DNA of 64,000 bases from assembly GCA_034436335.1 (NCBI GenBank), contig DAOTVO010000025.1, forward strand, positions 28,921-92,920. Direction: 5' to 3'. The notes beneath the pieces were generated by a model. It saw only the letters and a list, made by a program, of their open reading frames with translations, was not told the origin of the DNA and searched no databases. Shown piece by piece: positions 19,001 through 27,341 of the stretch (position 1 is the first letter of the stretch; each line of letters begins with the position of its first letter). Source of the stretch: Anaerolineales bacterium. GTDB lineage: Bacteria; Chloroflexota; Anaerolineae; Anaerolineales; Villigracilaceae. The translations under genes and the position numbers were made by a program.

Positions 19001-19556
19001 CGACAGCGACGGAATCAACGTCGGCGGGGCGGGGGCGCAGGAATGGGCGGAGATGTACGCCTGGGCGAACGCTGCCCGTCCGCGCCGGATGTGGATGACC
19101 GAAACCAGCGGACACCCGGACACCTGGTCGGGCGCGACCCTGCTCTTCGGCAACATTTACAACGCCCTGGCGTATGGCAACGCCTCCGCCTGGCTGTGGT
19201 GGACTCTGGCGGAAACTTCGGGCAACGCGGCGTATGGGCTGGTGGTGGATAATCAGCCGACGGCGCGCTACGCCGTTTCGCGGCATTTTTACCGCGCCGT
19301 GCAGCCCGGCGCCGTGCGGATTCAGGTGGACGCCCCAAAAGACCTGCTGGCGCTGGCGTTTGAAAATCCAGATGGCACGACCGTTCTCGTCCTTTACAAT
19401 CGCGGCAAAGCCCGGCTGGTCGCCTGCCCCGAAGCGGGAACGCTGACCGAAGCCTGGTTCTCGCACGATGGCTTGCTCAGCCACCCGGCGCAGGTCAGCC
19501 CCGCAGGGGTTCTCCTCCCCGCCGATGCAGTGATGACTCTGGTGTTTGGACCGTAA
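16080..19556 (+). CDS. large secreted multi-domain glycosidase, C-terminal GH30-like catalytic domain
   Basis: C-terminal YQTIDGFGAF...AISVQNEPQF...HNYD pattern fits GH30. There are cadherin/Ig-like repeats in the middle. A lipoprotein signal peptide (MKRAVLLFLTLGILLLSGC, ATG 16090) lies in a different frame and would join at about 16222-16226. Confidence 0.75.
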   Translation: MTCHETRRPALFDAWDSPALRLLPRARTCSQPKPFHHADSCSRFDSASPSWDGLANPSLWQGGGDYLLEAADGALIVHANKISPNAALEAAFPPLDLRAAPYASLTALSDIFANITVGLVDASGGEAWLIGNYANREMAHGAHPLTHFFDFSGARIDLSRVAALRIVCNRGAPTCRADFRLTDIRLGADAIRSLAYAPLPDVEVVLGDTPLPVVPFPLSRDDAAQTWRADFPPELVAAGEFRAGQFVYSLTGQTGRGTITLTGERDGKTVQLAFDLTVSANQPPRLSPPDDQTLAVGDTLTLRLTALDDGDPAAAQALALSAVSADPAIAAVQALEHDGRSRWANLTLQAAAAGETQITLTLTDERDASVSQTFAVTVYPELNRPPSFDLPAVLSLPAGGELRQPITDISAGEPGQRVTFTAQSDTPGLTARLEGATLVLRADPALSGEARLTLTATDNGGNPRNQGNASASRAVTVRILSSALTGFRDPFDGPAVAPALAGSGEGAHSLAIEDGALRVDVDKYATNNPWAGLWYTPPGLLDLTENPVITLRMKADRPTAMLIFLWDADDRYNTAGTATVIVGTEWKDYTLDFSGKNLDSEGRAVDFSRLKALLFNFAPGQMHRGTLWLDDMRVGTEAAVRAAPPALVIHAPPRLTLLPGSAAAETLTVSGLLGDETVELSDAAPGLLTDSRLVPQGDGRFLLTLKTAADKTGLARLKVTVSAPDGRRAEKFIDIILPDLPPADLLTLDRAARYQTIDGFGAFLGTGVWGRDKQDLALPFVQDLNITVARFGIIDTDFEPRNDNANPYVTDFDAFDRAALPLEWLRRLQAESAIDKYILTVWSPPDWMKKGRTRSAITGSGENFVEERYYEEYAEFLAAIVHVVREETGIELYAISVQNEPQFNEPYASALLPADKMAQVLDVAARRFAAEGIQTRLFMPEALPQQKGIDDYIAELDRLPAASQAVELIAIHNYDSDGINVGGAGAQEWAEMYAWANAARPRRMWMTETSGHPDTWSGATLLFGNIYNALAYGNASAWLWWTLAETSGNAAYGLVVDNQPTARYAVSRHFYRAVQPGAVRIQVDAPKDLLALAFENPDGTTVLVLYNRGKARLVACPEAGTLTEAWFSHDGLLSHPAQVSPAGVLLPADAVMTLVFGP

Positions 19557-19588
19557 AAAGTGCGCTGACCCAAAAGCCCATTAAGGCA

Positions 19589-19624
19589 AGCGGCGACCAC
19601 CTCACCGGGCGGTCGCCGCTTTTG
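19589..19624 (+). terminator. intrinsic terminator after the GH30 gene
   Basis: 10-bp stem AGCGGCGACC/GGTCGCCGCT with a 12-nt loop, followed by TTTTG. Confidence 0.7.
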
Positions 19625-19720
19625 ATTGCCGCCCAGCGTGCAGGAGAAATATCATTTCGCCCTTCATCCCTCCAGCGCTTCGAGTAGGAACGCAGCGTAG
19701 GGTTTGCCGGTCAGGGGGAG

Positions 19721-20326
19721 TTACGGGGGATATGGTTCAGAAAAATGATACGTCCCCGCCGCGAGTTCGCGCGTTTCGCCGCTGACGGGCAGGGTCAGGC
19801 TGGCGCGGGCATTGGGCGGGATGGTCACATCCCACGCGAAGTGTTCGTTTTCGATGCGCCAGGCGCTGACGATGAGTCCATAGGGCGAGTGGAGCGCGGC
19901 GCGGACGTGCGTCAGGCCGAGGCCGGGGTGCGGATGCAGCAGAATGTGCTGATAGCCGGGTTCGCGCGGATCGGCGTCAATGCCCACCGCCGCGCGGTAG
20001 AGCCGGTCGCCAATCGCGCCGTAGGCGTAGTGATTAAACGAGTTCATGCCGGGGTCTTGAAAGCCCTTTTCCGGCGTCCAGCCGTCCCAGCGCTCCCAGA
20101 TGGTGGTCGCGCCCTGGGTAACGGCGTACAGCCAGGAGGGCCAGGTTTTTTGCAGGAGCAGCGCATAGGCCAGGTCGGCGCGGCCATAGCGGGAGAGGAT
20201 GAAGGGCAGGTAGGAAGTCGCCACAAAGCCGGTGCTGAGGTGCTCCCCGTGCTCGCGGATGTCGCGCTCCAGCCAGTCTAGCGCGTTGGGAATGGCCGCT
20301 TCGGGCAGCAGTTCATGTTTCCTCAC
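19721..20326 (-). pseudogene. C-terminal remnant (about 200 aa) of a GH78 alpha-L-rhamnosidase
   Basis: HLSTGF..T.YL...L...G..DLAY.LLLQ...PSWLY....GATTIWERWDGW...FNHYAYGAIGD.LY is the distal third of GH78 enzymes, which are normally about 900 aa. Its GTG start overlaps the comM stop. Confidence 0.7.
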
Positions 20327-21861
20327 AGTATATTCAATCTCGGGCGATACTGCAAAGCCTCGGCCAGATGCGGCGGCTGGATGGAGTCACTGCCGGCCAG
20401 GTCGGCAATCGTGCGCGCCAGTTTCAGGATGCGGTGATAAGCACGCGCAGAAAGTTGCAACTGGCTCGTCGCCGCCTGCATCAGCGAGTGGCCGGTTTCG
20501 TCCAGCACGCAGTATTTGCGCACCTCCGCCGGGCGCATCTCGGCGTTGCAGGTGAGAGCCTTTCCTCCCTGAACGGTCGTCTCGCCGAACCGCTTTCTTT
20601 GGACCGCCCGCGCCCGCTCCACTCTCTCCCTCACCGCTGCGCTGCTCTCCCCCAGCCGCGCATCCGACAACTTCTCATACTCCACCCGCGGCACCTCGAC
20701 ATGGATGTCGATCCGGTCGAGCAGCGGGCCGGAGATGCGCTTCTGGTACTTCGTCACCGCCATGTTCGAACAGGTGCAGGGGTGCAGGGGGTCGCCGTAA
20801 TAGCCGCAAGGGCAAGGATTCATGGCCGCCACCAGTTGGAAATTGGCCGGGAAAGTCAGCGAGCCTTGCGCCCGGCTGATGGTCACCACCTTGTCTTCCA
20901 GCGGCTGGCGCAGCACCTCCAAGACGCGCGTCCCGAACTCGGGCAGTTCATCCAGGAAGAGGATGCCGCGATGGGCCAGCGAAATCTCGCCGGGATGCGG
21001 CCAGTTGCCGCCGCCGACCAGCCCGGCGTGGCTGATGGTGTGGTGCGGGGCGCGGAACGGACGCTGACGGATGAGCGGCGTCCCGGCCGGCAACTGATCG
21101 GCGACCGAGTAGATGCGGGTCACGTCCAGGGCTTCTTCGATAGTCATCTGAGGCAGAATCCCCGGCAGGGCGCGCGCCAGGAGCGTCTTGCCCGCACCGG
21201 GAGGGCCAATCATCAACACGTTGTGACCGCCAGCGGCGGCCACCTCCAGGGCGCGCTTGACATGCTCCTGCCCCTTGATTTCGCTGAAATCGGTCGGCGG
21301 GAAAAGCGGCGGATCGTCCCTTTCCTCGCGCCGGTAGGGCGGAATGATCTCCCGGCCGGTGAGATGGTTATAGAGTTGCGCCAAAGATGAAACGGGGATG
21401 ACTTCCAGGTCGGGAATGAGCGCCGCCTCGGCGGCATCCATTGCCGGGACAACGATGCGTTTGAAGCCGTGCTGGCGGGCCGTCGCCGCCATCGGCAGTA
21501 CACCGCGCGCATGGCGCACGCTCCCATCCAGGGAGAGTTCGCCCACCACCATCATCCCTTCCACTGCCTGCGGGAGCAGCATGCCGGTATAAATCAGCAC
21601 GCCGAGCGCAATCGGCAGGTCGTAGGCCGGCCCTTCCTTGCGCACAGAAGCCGGAGCCAGATTGACCACCAGCCGCCGGCGCGGGTACGGCACGCCGGCG
21701 TTGCGCACCGCCGCCTGAACGCGTTCGCGGCTCTCCTGCACGGCCGCATCCGGCAGGCCGACCACGGTCATGCCAGGCACGCCCTGGGTGTAGTCCACCT
21801 CCACCTCGACAACCACACCCTCGAGGCCGATAATCGCGCAGGAATAGACACGGGCAAGCAT
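20323..21861 (-). CDS. comM: YifB/ComM-family Mg-chelatase-like AAA+ ATPase
   Basis: MLARVYSCAIIGLEGVVVEVEVD..., Walker A GPPGAGKT, and a C-terminal ChlI-like region. Confidence 0.9.
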   Translation of the reverse strand: MLARVYSCAIIGLEGVVVEVEVDYTQGVPGMTVVGLPDAAVQESRERVQAAVRNAGVPYPRRRLVVNLAPASVRKEGPAYDLPIALGVLIYTGMLLPQAVEGMMVVGELSLDGSVRHARGVLPMAATARQHGFKRIVVPAMDAAEAALIPDLEVIPVSSLAQLYNHLTGREIIPPYRREERDDPPLFPPTDFSEIKGQEHVKRALEVAAAGGHNVLMIGPPGAGKTLLARALPGILPQMTIEEALDVTRIYSVADQLPAGTPLIRQRPFRAPHHTISHAGLVGGGNWPHPGEISLAHRGILFLDELPEFGTRVLEVLRQPLEDKVVTISRAQGSLTFPANFQLVAAMNPCPCGYYGDPLHPCTCSNMAVTKYQKRISGPLLDRIDIHVEVPRVEYEKLSDARLGESSAAVRERVERARAVQRKRFGETTVQGGKALTCNAEMRPAEVRKYCVLDETGHSLMQAATSQLQLSARAYHRILKLARTIADLAGSDSIQPPHLAEALQYRPRLNIL

Positions 21862-21925
21862 GGGGTAAGTTTATGCCGAATCCGCAGAGAAGTCAAAGGG
21901 AAAGCCCTGTCCGATGGGCATCCCG

Positions 21926-24388
21926 TCAGGGCGTGCGGCCCAGGTAGCGGGGATACCAGTACCACAGCACGTCCGCAGCAGGCTTGCCATAGACGGTGGC
22001 CGAGGTGTCATGCACCACCACCGGCGGGTAATAGCCGCGGCTGACGAAACCGCTCAGCCACGGCCGCTCATTGACCGCCGCCAGCAATGCCTGATAAATA
22101 TCCGCCTGCTCCTGCAAGTCCACCTTCCCCTGACCGTTGGCAGGCTGAAGAACCAGCGGCAAGGGCATCCAGGCCGTTGCCGCGCCGTCTGCGGATGGAT
22201 AGGCGGCGGCGAGAATAATCGGTTTTCCCAGCGCCTGCTGGAGCGGCAAAATTTCGCTATCAAGCAACAGGCCGGCCGCCAGCCGCATTTCCTCTACGCT
22301 GGCCGTATTGGAACCGGCCAGCGGCGCATACCAAAGCAGATAAATGCCGTCCAGGTCAGAAACAAAGTCAGGGATATTGCCGATTCCATCGGGGTAAGAA
22401 ACCGCCCATAGGATGGAGCCGCTGTAATGAGCGCGCACTTCCTGCAAAATGGCCTTCCAGCGGGCGGCCGCGTCTTCCGGGACCCCGGAACCGGCACCGT
22501 TAATCTGACCGCCGGGCAAGGCGGGCGTTACCCACTCCCCGCCCAGAATGAGCGCCGAAGCGCCGGTCTGCGCCGCCAGGTCAGCATGATAGACAGCAAA
22601 ATCTTCATAGCGTTTAAACCAGGCTGTCCACCAGACCGCGTCGCCGCGCGGGGCGCTTGTCCACCAGTCCATCGTATTCCCCGGCAGGTTGGCGGTGGGG
22701 AAAATAGCCGTGTTCAGGTCGAGAGAGCGGATACCGTTCACCTGGCGGGTCAGGTCACTCAGCAGCGCATCCCGGCCCGGGACGGGAGAAAAAACGTAGG
22801 GGCTGGTGCGGCTCACGGTCCAGGACGGAGCGAGGACAATCCAGTTGGCATAGAGCGCCTGCACATTGAGGATGGCATTCGGCATCCAGGCCTGCCAGGT
22901 CGGGTTGCCAGAAGGCAGAAATTCAACCCCCGCCCAAAATCCCGCCGGACGGACGGCGACCGGCAATCCCACTACCGTGTTTGGCGGCAGAGACTGGAAC
23001 CATGCCCAGGCGTCAACCGTATCTTGCAAATCCTGAGGGGTCAGGCTGGTGGTAACCGAACGCCCCGGGCGGCTCGGCGTAGTGGCCATGTCATCGGCTA
23101 CGCCACACTGGTCATTACGGCAATAACGGTAGGTAAAGGTATTGAGCGACTTAAGCGGACTATAAAGGCGATATACCCAGCGATTGTTGCCCATCGGCCA
23201 CATGGGGATGGGTTCCGTCCAGCCATAAGGATTGAACTGGATGGAAAGGATGTCGGAAACCGGCGTTTCGGGCGGGGCCTGGACCTGGAAGAGAATCGGC
23301 GAGGAGGCGCTATCCTGCCAGGTGCTGACGATATCCTGAACCTGATAACTGGGCTCTCCTGGCGGCAGAATCAACTGGCGCAGAACAAACGCTCCACCGG
23401 GAACATGTTCGGCGTTCCAGTACCCGTCGCCAAGGGTGTACTTGTAACGAATGTCTGCCCCGACAGGCAAACTGAGGGTGAGGGTGTACCGTCCATCGCC
23501 CACGGGGGAGAGGAGCGGCATGCGTGACGCCACCGTGCTAATACCGGCCTCAAGATCGCCAAAAGTGTTGCCAAGCGTGGTTAGGTTGCCGGCCAGCCGA
23601 ATGGGAGCATTGCCAACGGTATCCGACGGCACAGAGACCACAAAAGTAACCGTCACGAATGAGTTGGGAATCATGGAGATAGAAGCGGGCGTGGTTTTGC
23701 CTTCCATCACGATGGCGCCCTGCTGAAATGTCTGGTAAGCCCCGTCGAGGGCATAGGCCACCAGATTGTGCGTCCCGGCAGGCAACCCTTCGACGGTGAA
23801 AAAGCCTTTCGTGTCGGTCAACGTCTGTTGTCCGCCGACGGCAATCAGGATGTTGGGCAGGGGCTTGCCATCTGCGGCGTTGACCACCGTCCCCGTGACG
23901 CGGCCGGTGGGAGCAGAAAACGGGCTGTCGGTCCAGGAGGAGACGACATCCTGCACCACGCCCGGGGCAGTCACAGAATACATCCGATAGCGGACGATGC
24001 GGTCGCCCGAGTCATCCTCGAAAACGGGTAAAACCGCCTGACGCAGATAGCGGTACGTTACCACACTGCCGACCGGGAAGGGCAGGGTCAGCGTATAATG
24101 AGTGGCATCCATGGCCTGCATGGCATGATTCACCGGGTTGAGGCCGATGCCGGTCACTTCGTCCACCACGCTCAGGTAAAGGGTCTCGCCAGACAGGATT
24201 GGCCCCGGCAGGGTAACATTGAAGGTAACCGAGGCGGCCGGCATGGGCGTGGGTGTCGGCCCGGCGGGCGTAGGCGGGGTCTGGGTGGATGTCAGGCCGG
24301 GAATATCGAGCAAGGAAATTGTGCAACTGTTCAAAAAGAGCAAGCTCAGCAGTGCAAGGAACGAAGTGGCTTTGGCGAGGGGTTTCAT
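21926..24388 (-). CDS. large lipoprotein with a carboxypeptidase-regulatory-like domain and a C-terminal TIM-barrel-like region
   Basis: Lipobox LFLNSC. GTVVNAADGKPLPNILIAVGGQQTLTDTKGFFTVEGLPAGTHNLV is a CarboxypepD_reg-type beta-sandwich. Function unknown. Confidence 0.6.
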   Translation of the reverse strand: MKPLAKATSFLALLSLLFLNSCTISLLDIPGLTSTQTPPTPAGPTPTPMPAASVTFNVTLPGPILSGETLYLSVVDEVTGIGLNPVNHAMQAMDATHYTLTLPFPVGSVVTYRYLRQAVLPVFEDDSGDRIVRYRMYSVTAPGVVQDVVSSWTDSPFSAPTGRVTGTVVNAADGKPLPNILIAVGGQQTLTDTKGFFTVEGLPAGTHNLVAYALDGAYQTFQQGAIVMEGKTTPASISMIPNSFVTVTFVVSVPSDTVGNAPIRLAGNLTTLGNTFGDLEAGISTVASRMPLLSPVGDGRYTLTLSLPVGADIRYKYTLGDGYWNAEHVPGGAFVLRQLILPPGEPSYQVQDIVSTWQDSASSPILFQVQAPPETPVSDILSIQFNPYGWTEPIPMWPMGNNRWVYRLYSPLKSLNTFTYRYCRNDQCGVADDMATTPSRPGRSVTTSLTPQDLQDTVDAWAWFQSLPPNTVVGLPVAVRPAGFWAGVEFLPSGNPTWQAWMPNAILNVQALYANWIVLAPSWTVSRTSPYVFSPVPGRDALLSDLTRQVNGIRSLDLNTAIFPTANLPGNTMDWWTSAPRGDAVWWTAWFKRYEDFAVYHADLAAQTGASALILGGEWVTPALPGGQINGAGSGVPEDAAARWKAILQEVRAHYSGSILWAVSYPDGIGNIPDFVSDLDGIYLLWYAPLAGSNTASVEEMRLAAGLLLDSEILPLQQALGKPIILAAAYPSADGAATAWMPLPLVLQPANGQGKVDLQEQADIYQALLAAVNERPWLSGFVSRGYYPPVVVHDTSATVYGKPAADVLWYWYPRYLGRTP

Positions 24389-24468
24389 ATCCCTTCCTTT
24401 GCAAGGTGAATTTCTCTAATTGTACAATGGAATTCTACCTACAGGCCTCCCCCAATCTTGTCAGTCAT

Positions 24469-24900
24469 TCAGTCAACATGCAATAACTTGCGTATCTCTT
24501 GTTCGCGTTCAGATAGACTGCCGAGCACGCCGTTGACGAAGCGCGGGGCGCTGTCGGAGCCGTATTGTTTGGCCAGTTCCACCGCCTCGTTGATGGCCAC
24601 CTTGAGGGGGGTGGTGTCGGAAGCGGCGAATTCCCAGACGGCCATGCGCAGGATGTTGCGGTCAATGGCGGCGATCTGGTCGAACGGCCATTCGGGGGCG
24701 TAATGGGCGATCAACTCGTCCAGGCGAGCGCGCAGCGGCAGAACGCCAAAAACAATCTGGCGGACAAATTCCGCCAGTTCGTCAGGAAGTGGACTTTCCT
24801 CCAGGCGCGCCTGCATGGTCTCCACCGGGTTGTGGTCCACCATATCCACTTCGTAAAGAACCTGCAGGGCCAGACCGCGCGCCCTGGTGCGAGCCTTCAT
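24469..24900 (-). CDS. nusB: transcription antitermination factor NusB
   Basis: 143 aa, RARGLALQVLYEVD... and a typical NusB helical core. Confidence 0.9.
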   Translation of the reverse strand: MKARTRARGLALQVLYEVDMVDHNPVETMQARLEESPLPDELAEFVRQIVFGVLPLRARLDELIAHYAPEWPFDQIAAIDRNILRMAVWEFAASDTTPLKVAINEAVELAKQYGSDSAPRFVNGVLGSLSEREQEIRKLLHVD

Positions 24901-24906
24901 TGCGTC

Positions 24907-25254
24907 TTATGCCTCAGCTTTGTAGAAAATATCTTCGATGTGGACGTTGACGTGCCCGGCGTGGAGGCCGGTCATCTCGGTGATGGCGCGCGCCACCGCC
25001 GCCTGAACCGTGCGGCTGACATCGCGGACATTGACATCACTTTCGAGGACGAGGAAAAGGTCGAGAAATACCTGGCCATCCTCGATGCTCACGCGGACGC
25101 CGTCGCTGCGGTGGCCCAACAGGTCTTTCACCGCCACCCGGACGGGCGCCATGCCGTGCACGCCCTCGACCTCCAGCGCAGACTGGCGGGCGATGGTGAG
25201 CAGCACATCGGGGGTCAGGGTGGTCTTTCCGGGGGAATGATAGTCGCTGGTCAT
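24907..25254 (-). CDS. Asp23/Gls24-family alkaline-shock protein
   Basis: GKTTLTPDVLLTIARQSALEVEGVHGM...V.V.D motif. Preferred start is MTSDY at 25254 rather than 25329. Conserved pairing with nusB. Confidence 0.8.
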   Translation of the reverse strand: MTSDYHSPGKTTLTPDVLLTIARQSALEVEGVHGMAPVRVAVKDLLGHRSDGVRVSIEDGQVFLDLFLVLESDVNVRDVSRTVQAAVARAITEMTGLHAGHVNVHIEDIFYKAEA

Positions 25255-25495
25255 GCTACCTCCTAAAGGGATGGCGAAATTATAACACCTTGCGAAACGC
25301 ACATTGCGTCTCTTGTTCAGGAATAACACTGTCAGCGGAGTTTCGTCACTGCCGGAGGTTTAGTTTGCCTTCAACTAATGGCCTTTTTGGAGCCTGTTTT
25401 GGAGCCTACTGTAGGCTATATTTTAGTTAGTTTGTCTTCCAGGTGTATCGTTCGGTTCAGAATACCAAATTATTTCGACATGAGGAGATTTCTTC

Positions 25496-26062
25496 ATGAA
25501 GCACCATGGTCTTCAGCTACAGAATATGGTTTCTGTCTTAGTAACAGCACTCCTTGTCGTGCAAACGCTACTGCTGATACTTGTGCTTATAAATTTGAAG
25601 GTTATGAGACAGACGATAGCGGCAGGGGCGATATCCCAAAATGATCCATCTGCATCTCTCATCGGCAAACAGGCACCAGATTTTACGTTACCCGATGAAA
25701 AAGGGGATTTGGTGACGCTTTCCGAATATAAAGGTTATCTTGTGTTGTTGGTATTTACATCTCATACTTGTCCCTTTTGCCGTGATATGTACCCTGGCCT
25801 ACGCCAATTTTTAGACAGCAATCCTGATATTCAAGTTATGATTCTATCAACGAACACCACTTTAGAGAATCAAACCTTTCTTGAGGAGTTCAATCTCACC
25901 AACTATGTAAATCTACGCGTGTTGTCCACGACAAGAGAGGTGGTTGAGAAATACCTTATCAAAGGCACGCCCACTTTTGTTGTGATTGACACAGATGGAT
26001 CAATTTTGAATACCGGTTATGCCATAACCGCAGAACAAATATCGGGGCTTATCAGCAAATAG
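25496..26062 (+). CDS. membrane-anchored thioredoxin-fold thiol:disulfide oxidoreductase (TlpA/ResA-like)
   Basis: N-terminal TM helix, GKQAPDFTLPDEKG, active-site CPFC, cis-Pro region GTPTFVVID. First gene of the low-GC island. Confidence 0.85.
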   Translation: MKHHGLQLQNMVSVLVTALLVVQTLLLILVLINLKVMRQTIAAGAISQNDPSASLIGKQAPDFTLPDEKGDLVTLSEYKGYLVLLVFTSHTCPFCRDMYPGLRQFLDSNPDIQVMILSTNTTLENQTFLEEFNLTNYVNLRVLSTTREVVEKYLIKGTPTFVVIDTDGSILNTGYAITAEQISGLISK

Positions 26063-26088
26063 TCAATGACTGAGAAAGGAGAGTGCCA

Positions 26089-26373
26089 ATGACTTCTCTA
26101 CCGTTTTTGCCTTCAAGTAAATCTCTACAGCGTGTTGTCTCTTTAGTGCTGGTGAGCACGCTTGTTGCTCTAACAATATCAGCAGTATTTGCCAGCCCTG
26201 TAGAGGCAGTAACAAATTGTGACCCCTGGCTCGAGAGTGGGCAATGCTGTGACAACCCCTATTGGCCCTTCCACCAGGATTTAAAATACCGGATATGTCA
26301 AAATTGCTGGACTGGAGGATGTTCCGATCCTTGGACAGAGTGGATATGTCCTATCTTCACAATCTGTCCCTAA
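26089..26373 (+). CDS. secreted cysteine/tryptophan-rich peptide precursor (94 aa, 8 Cys)
   Basis: AGGAG 26077-26081 lies 7 nt before ATG 26089. Sec-type signal peptide ending ...AVFASPVEA. Predicted 54-aa mature part VTNCDPWLESGQCCDNPYWPFHQDLKYRICQNCWTGGCSDPWTEWICPIFTICP. Confidence 0.65.
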   Translation: MTSLPFLPSSKSLQRVVSLVLVSTLVALTISAVFASPVEAVTNCDPWLESGQCCDNPYWPFHQDLKYRICQNCWTGGCSDPWTEWICPIFTICP

Positions 26374-26450
26374 TAGCGTATTCCAAGTAAAATGAGTTTT
26401 TCTGCCCAAACTGATAAGCCCCGATTCAGTTTTGTGGAGATGGAATAAAA

Positions 26451-27341
26451 ATGGCCAGAACAAACTCGATTGTGATTAAAGATGTCGTCAAACGCTATCG
26501 AGGTACAGCCCGCGATGCGCTTCATCAAGTTTCATTAACCTGTGATTACGGCGTTTTCGGCCTATTGGGACCAAATGGCGCGGGAAAAACAACCCTCATG
26601 CGCATTCTTGCCACCCTGATTTTACCCACCTCAGGCCGGGTAACTGTGCAAGGCTATGATGTTGTGGATAAACCACATCTGGTGCGTTCGCTGATCGGAT
26701 ATGTGCCTCAAGAATATGCCTTATACTCTCATTTGACAGCGTGGGAGTTTTTAGATTATATGGGAACGTTGAGTGGGGTGCAACGCATCCGTCAGCAAGT
26801 GGAGCGGGTACTTGCCCAAGTAGGACTATTAACCGTCGCCCGTCGACGTCTTAACAATTTCTCAGGAGGCATGAAACAGCGTGTGGTAATTGCTCAAGCA
26901 CTATTACATAGCCCCCAAGTTCTGTTGGTGGACGAACCTACTGCCGGCTTGGACCCCGTTGAACGTGTTAAATTTCGCAACTTGCTGGCTGAGTTGGGGC
27001 GAGAGCGAACAATACTTCTCTCCACTCACATTGTCGAAGATGTTTCTGCTACCTGTAAACAAATGGCTGTTCTCCATGAGGGTTGTATTGCTTACCAAGG
27101 AAGTGTAGAAGATCTGGTTGCCCTCGCTAAAGGAAGAGTATGGAAGGCCACGATACACACAGATGAGTGGAATTATTTCCGTGACGCTCACTACGTTATC
27201 TCTTCTCGACCTGCGGAGCAGTCCAGTCTGATAGAGGTGAGGTTTCTCAAGCGAAATTCTCAACCAACCAGCAATGCAGAACCAGTTTCTCCTACCATCG
27301 AAGACGCCTATTTGTCACTCATTCAGGCAGGGAATTCTTGA
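26451..27341 (+). CDS. ABC transporter ATP-binding protein (ABC-2/DrrA-type)
   Basis: Walker A GPNGAGKT, signature FSGGMKQR, Walker B LLVDEPTAGLD, H-loop STHIVED. Confidence 0.9.
   Translation: MARTNSIVIKDVVKRYRGTARDALHQVSLTCDYGVFGLLGPNGAGKTTLMRILATLILPTSGRVTVQGYDVVDKPHLVRSLIGYVPQEYALYSHLTAWEFLDYMGTLSGVQRIRQQVERVLAQVGLLTVARRRLNNFSGGMKQRVVIAQALLHSPQVLLVDEPTAGLDPVERVKFRNLLAELGRERTILLSTHIVEDVSATCKQMAVLHEGCIAYQGSVEDLVALAKGRVWKATIHTDEWNYFRDAHYVISSRPAEQSSLIEVRFLKRNSQPTSNAEPVSPTIEDAYLSLIQAGNS

Noticed and set aside
21926-24388. Considered calling the 820-aa lipoprotein a specific glycoside hydrolase.
   Set aside because: Only a carboxypeptidase-regulatory-like beta-sandwich was recognisable. The TIM-barrel impression of the C-terminal half is not backed by any catalytic motif I could identify, so the protein is left as hypothetical.
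25378-25644. 88-aa ORF overlapping the leader and start of the thioredoxin-like gene.
   Set aside because: It overlaps the well-supported TlpA-like ORF in another frame. It has no RBS and no recognisable features.
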